A DNA stretch of 64,000 nt from positions 185,876,001-185,940,000 of the forward strand of contig OX597814.1 in the NCBI GenBank assembly GCA_951406725.2, read 5' to 3'. The notes beneath the pieces were generated by a model. It saw nothing but the letters and a program-made list of their open reading frames with translations, made no database searches and was not told the origin of the DNA. The position numbers were made by a program, and so were the translations under genes. Shown piece after piece: positions 59,998-64,000 of the stretch (position 1 is the first letter of the stretch; the number at the start of each line of letters is the position of its first letter). Source of the stretch: Octopus vulgaris. Lineage: Eukaryota.

Positions 59998-60574
59998 AGA
60001 TACTTTTTATCCCTACCTGTGATCAACATGTGTAAGGCCTGCTTGCATCTGCACATGTATGTGCAGGTCTGAACACAACTTTTTGAGAAAGACTAGCAGA
60101 TTCCCATGCATGCAAGAATCCCCTCTCCATGCCTCTGATGTTTATCCAAAGGAATATCTGTTGATTTGAATCAACACAGCTTGGCATCATTGTCATTACA
60201 GGTGTTAATATCAGAATATAAATAGCTACTACAAACACTTGTTCTTTGAGGATCCTGCTTGATCCTCTTATAGTTCTGCCAAGCTATGAGCCTGGATTAG
60301 TACCTTTTTATCAACTTGGAAAGATGATGCACAAAGAAGAAATCAGTGGGATTAGAACACAGAACACAGAAAATCAAAATAACATCTAACATTTTAATCA
60401 CCATCGTTGTCATCGTCATCATTGCCGTTGTTGGCAGCATTGACAGTGGAATCAGCGGTGGTGGCGGCGGCAGCATTGTTAGTGGTGGCAGCATCATTGG
60501 CAGTGGCGTCGTTGGTGGTAGTGGCCTTGTTGGCAGGTGACATTGTTGGCGGTGGCTCTGGAGGTAGCGTTGGT

Positions 60575-60845
60575 GGTAGCATTGACGGCAGCATTGGCGG
60601 CAGCACTGGCGGCAGCACTGGCGGCAGCATTGGCGGCAGCATTGGCGGCAGCTTTGGCGGCAGCATTGGCGGCAGCATTGGCGGCAGCATTGGCGGCAGC
60701 ATTGGCGGCAGCATTGGCGGCAGCATTGGCGGCAGCATTGGCGGCAGCATTGGCGGCAGCATTGGCGGCAGCATTGGCGGCAGCATTGGCGGCAGCATTG
60801 GCGGCAGCATTGGCGGCAGCATTGGCGGCAGCATTGGCGGCAGCG
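60575..60845. repeat. 12-bp GC-rich minisatellite (GGCAGCATTGGC)n, about 22 units, with degenerate flanks (60430-60950)
   Basis: Direct reading of the sequence; the unit is stop-free in all frames. Confidence 0.95.
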
Positions 60846-61259
60846 GTGTTGGCAGCGGTGGCGTTGGCTGTGGCGGCTTTGGCAGCGGCGGCGGTGGCGT
60901 TGGTGGCAGCAGCACTGGCAGCAGCAGCATTGATGGCAGCGGCGTTGGTGTCGTCATCATCATTATCATTTTCAACATCCACTTTTTCACACTTGAACAG
61001 GTCAGATGGAATTTGTTGAGGCAGATTTTCTTTAGCCAAATTCCCTGCCCTTTGGCAAACTTCACCTGTTTCCAAGTAAGTTAATATTTTCCATGTCCAG
61101 ATGTGTTTTTCACAGAAGACTGGAAACAAATGACATTGTTCAATGCATATGCTGTCAAGACAAGAGCACACACACACACACACTTACACACACACACACA
61201 TATATATATATACACATACACAGACATACACACATATATGTATGATGGACTTTAAGTTT

Positions 61260-61613
61260 CTTATTTCTTTATTACCCACAAGGGGCTAAACATAGAGGGG
61301 ACAAACAAGGGCAGACAAAGGGATTAAGTCTATTACATCGACCTCTGTGCATAACTGGTACTTCAGCAGACGAAATACCTATTTCTTTACAACCCACAAG
61401 GGGCTAAACACAGAAGGGACAAACAAGGACAAACAAACGGATTAAGTCAATTATATCGACCCCAGTGTGCAACTGGTACTTATTTAATCGACCCCGAATG
61501 GATGAAAGGCAAAGTCAACCTCAGCGGAATTTGAGGTCGACTTTGCCTTTCATCAGACAAAATACCATAAAGCATTTCGTCCACTGTGCTAACATTTCTG
61601 TCAGCCCACTGCC
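61260..61613 (-). mobile_element. SINE B partial dimer with a small internal inversion
   Basis: Family B tail occurs twice; GATGAAAGGCAAAGTCAACCTC...GAGGTCGACTTTGCCTTTCATC is inverted at 61501-61553. Confidence 0.75.
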
Positions 61614-62842
61614 TTTCAGTTGGACTTTCAGTTTCTGTCTACCAATTCCATTCACATGCTTTGGTCAGCCCATGACTATATTAAAAGGCACTTGCCCAAG
61701 GTGCTGTGCAGTGGGGCTGAACCTAAGACCACATGGGTTGGAAGCAAGCTTCTTAACCATGCAGCCATACCAGCACCAAATGACTCTGCCAATTTGTCAT
61801 TGGTAGTGACTAAAATCTGATTAATATTTTACACTTTAGTCATACGTAGCTGTTATTTCTTGCAGAAGTTGAATGGGTTTTTTTTTCCTTTTTGTTTGTT
61901 TTTTTATAAATACATTTATCAGAATTAAGACTGATTTGCTGACAGAAGCTGAATACAGCTAATGATGAACATAGCTTGAAGTATATTCAGATAGAAAAAT
62001 GTAAAGGAAAGTCTGGCAAAACAGAAGACAATATCTCTAACCAAATTATTGCTGCATCAATAGAACTGTTGGGTCAATAAACTGAAATAATTTGGAAAGT
62101 CAGTTTGAGCAAAAACAAAAAACAAAAGCCTGATTGTTGAGAAGAATATTAATTCAGTTTTGATATAATTTAGAATATTGTTTCAGCAGGTTTCACAAAT
62201 TTATTTGTTAGCTAGAAGCCTAAGATAGACAACTATATCACCATTATAAGCTTTGATGCTTTCGGAGATGATTTTGTATTTTTTTTGTTTGCTTTTTTTT
62301 TCTTTTATTCTTTTATTCTTTTACTTGTTTCGGTCATTTGACTGCGGCCATGCTGGAGCACTGTCTTTAGTTGAGCAAATCAACCCCAGGACTTATTCTT
62401 TGTAAGGCTAGTACTTATTCTAACAGAAGCAATACAGAACAATAAGAGGGTCCTTTTTGTTCTGCAAAAGTACAAGAAAAGGGCACTAGTATTGGTGGCA
62501 TCATAAAATGCATGCAGTACAGGCTATAAAATCATTGAGGTCAACTCTTGGTTGACCAAAGCCCTGTGGATATATTAATTTGTATAACAAGGACATGTGG
62601 TTTAAATACTAGCTTCCTTTTATAATTCCCCTCGATCAACCATAGCTGGGTGATATGCACAATGATGAGGGTAAACAGGAGGAAATGAAAGATAAAGTTA
62701 ATGAAAGCTAAGAGAGATCTTAACCATAAGCTAAAAGGAAATCATAGCCACAAGATAACTCTTGGTTTTTAAGGAGATCTTGCCACAAACTAGGGAGAAT
62801 TAGCAACATTTTTAAAGGGATTTATAATGTAAGCAACACCAA

Positions 62843-63231
62843 TCTATATATATAAAGCTGGAGTTGTCTGTGTGTGGCAAGTTTGGTAGCCTTCAACTAA
62901 CACTATCTCCTTCGAGACCTTGCGGCACAAGTTGACCAAAATTTAAAGTATGATAGAAGAAGGCTTGCTCTTCATTCCATAGAAGAAAAACTTCAAATCG
63001 GACCATGTTAAGACCAAAAATTATTTACATCAAAAAGGTGCTTTTTTTCTATGAAAATCCCTATTTTCACGATTTTTCGACTGCTGTGTCATCATTTTTC
63101 GGTGTATTTCAACCAGAAAAATGTTCACTTAAAGAGTATAACAAGCTACATAATGCAAAATGTTTACTTTTCAAAAATTCCAATTCTAAAGGGTCGAAAC
63201 AAACCTGAGCAATGCCAGGCAATACTGCTAG
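62843..63231 (+). mobile_element. Non-autonomous Helitron
   Basis: 5' A|TCTATATATATAAAG start, subterminal hairpin CCTG.GCAATGCCAGG, 3' CTAG|T end, no TSD. Confidence 0.8.
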
Positions 63232-63239
63232 TATTAGAT

Positions 63240-63702
63240 AATGTTCAGTCTTCTTGCATTATACAAAACATGGACTGGATGAAATAGTTAAAGGTATCAG
63301 AAAACTGACAATAAACAGAAGTTACAATCTGCAGAGTAGTGTTGATAGATTAGATATACTATGGAAAGACAGAAGAAGGAAGACATTAAATATAACAGAT
63401 TTAATATATTTGACAATTTTAGAGCAAGAAAAGTATGTTGGGAAAAGGGAAGATTAAGCTTGCATGTACAACCTGGAAGATCAATGGTGAATATAAAGAA
63501 GCAGATAAAGATTGCAACAACAACAACAACAAAGAGAGTGAGAGAGGATGAAAACTGGAATGTGAATGGGTTGTATATGTAGTTTGGGAGTCAAACAGAA
63601 GATACAAGAGAAGAATAGTGGGATTGGCCGGAAAGTGGAGTACTAAAGAGGAAAATAAAAACTTTCATTATAGCTGTGTATGAACAATCTTTTAGAACAA
63701 AC
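63240..63702 (+). mobile_element. Decayed R4/Dong-clade post-RT fragment
   Basis: LDEIVKGIRKLTINRSYNLQSSVDRLDI..K and WDWPESGVLKRKIKTFIIAVYEQSFRTN resemble RK.LT....H..S.VDRLY..RK.GGRG and WL..G.LK.ETE.FIIAAQEQ.LRT. Confidence 0.65.
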
Positions 63703-63704
63703 CT

Positions 63705-64000
63705 TCATCATCATCATCATCGTTTAATGTCCGTTTTCCATGCTAGCATGGGTTAGACGGTTTGACCGGGGTCTGGGAAGCCAGGAGGCTGCACCAGGCA
63801 CTAGTCTGATCTGGCAGTGTTTCTACAGCTGGATGCCCTTCCTGACGCCAACCACTCCGTGAGTGTAGTGGGTGCTTTTTACGTGTCACCGGCACAGGGG
63901 CCAGAAGAGGCTGGCAAACGGGCAATGATTGGTGAGTGCTTTTACGTGTCACCGACACAAATGCCAGTCAGGCGGTGCTGGCATCTGCCATGTTCGGACA
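63705..64000 (-). mobile_element. RTE LINE 3' UTR (runs off the window)
   Basis: (CAT)n-CGTTTAATGTCCGTTTTCCATGCTAGC terminus. Confidence 0.85.

Overview
AT-rich, microsatellite-dense animal genomic DNA. The SINE/LINE repertoire looks like that of an octopus (inferred from family appearance, not from a search). I found no intact host protein-coding exon, so the window reads as intronic or intergenic, and nearly all listed ORFs are microsatellite or transposon read-through. It is a mosaic of four tRNA-derived SINE families, 5'-truncated RTE LINE 3' ends with (GAT)n tails, and R4/Dong- and HERO-like RLE retrotransposon remnants. It also holds CR1-group RT fragments, a near full-length decayed mariner, other Tc1/mariner and hAT pieces, piggyBac-type MITEs and a non-autonomous Helitron. 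The most notable signal is about 10 unrelated fold-back (inverted-repeat) inserts, mostly inside (TA)n tracts. Several of them carry minimal type I hammerhead ribozyme cores of the Penelope-like-element (PLE) kind, including a compensatory U3-A8 core variant. There is also a tRNA-headed SINE with a hammerhead-like core, a 14-bp TSD and an inverted terminus, which is a candidate PLE-mobilised ribozyme SINE. Two further oddities are an inverted 28S rRNA/RTE chimera and a tRNA-Thr(UGU)-like gene bracketed by ~125-bp direct repeats. All coordinates were read by eye, and repeat ends are approximate.
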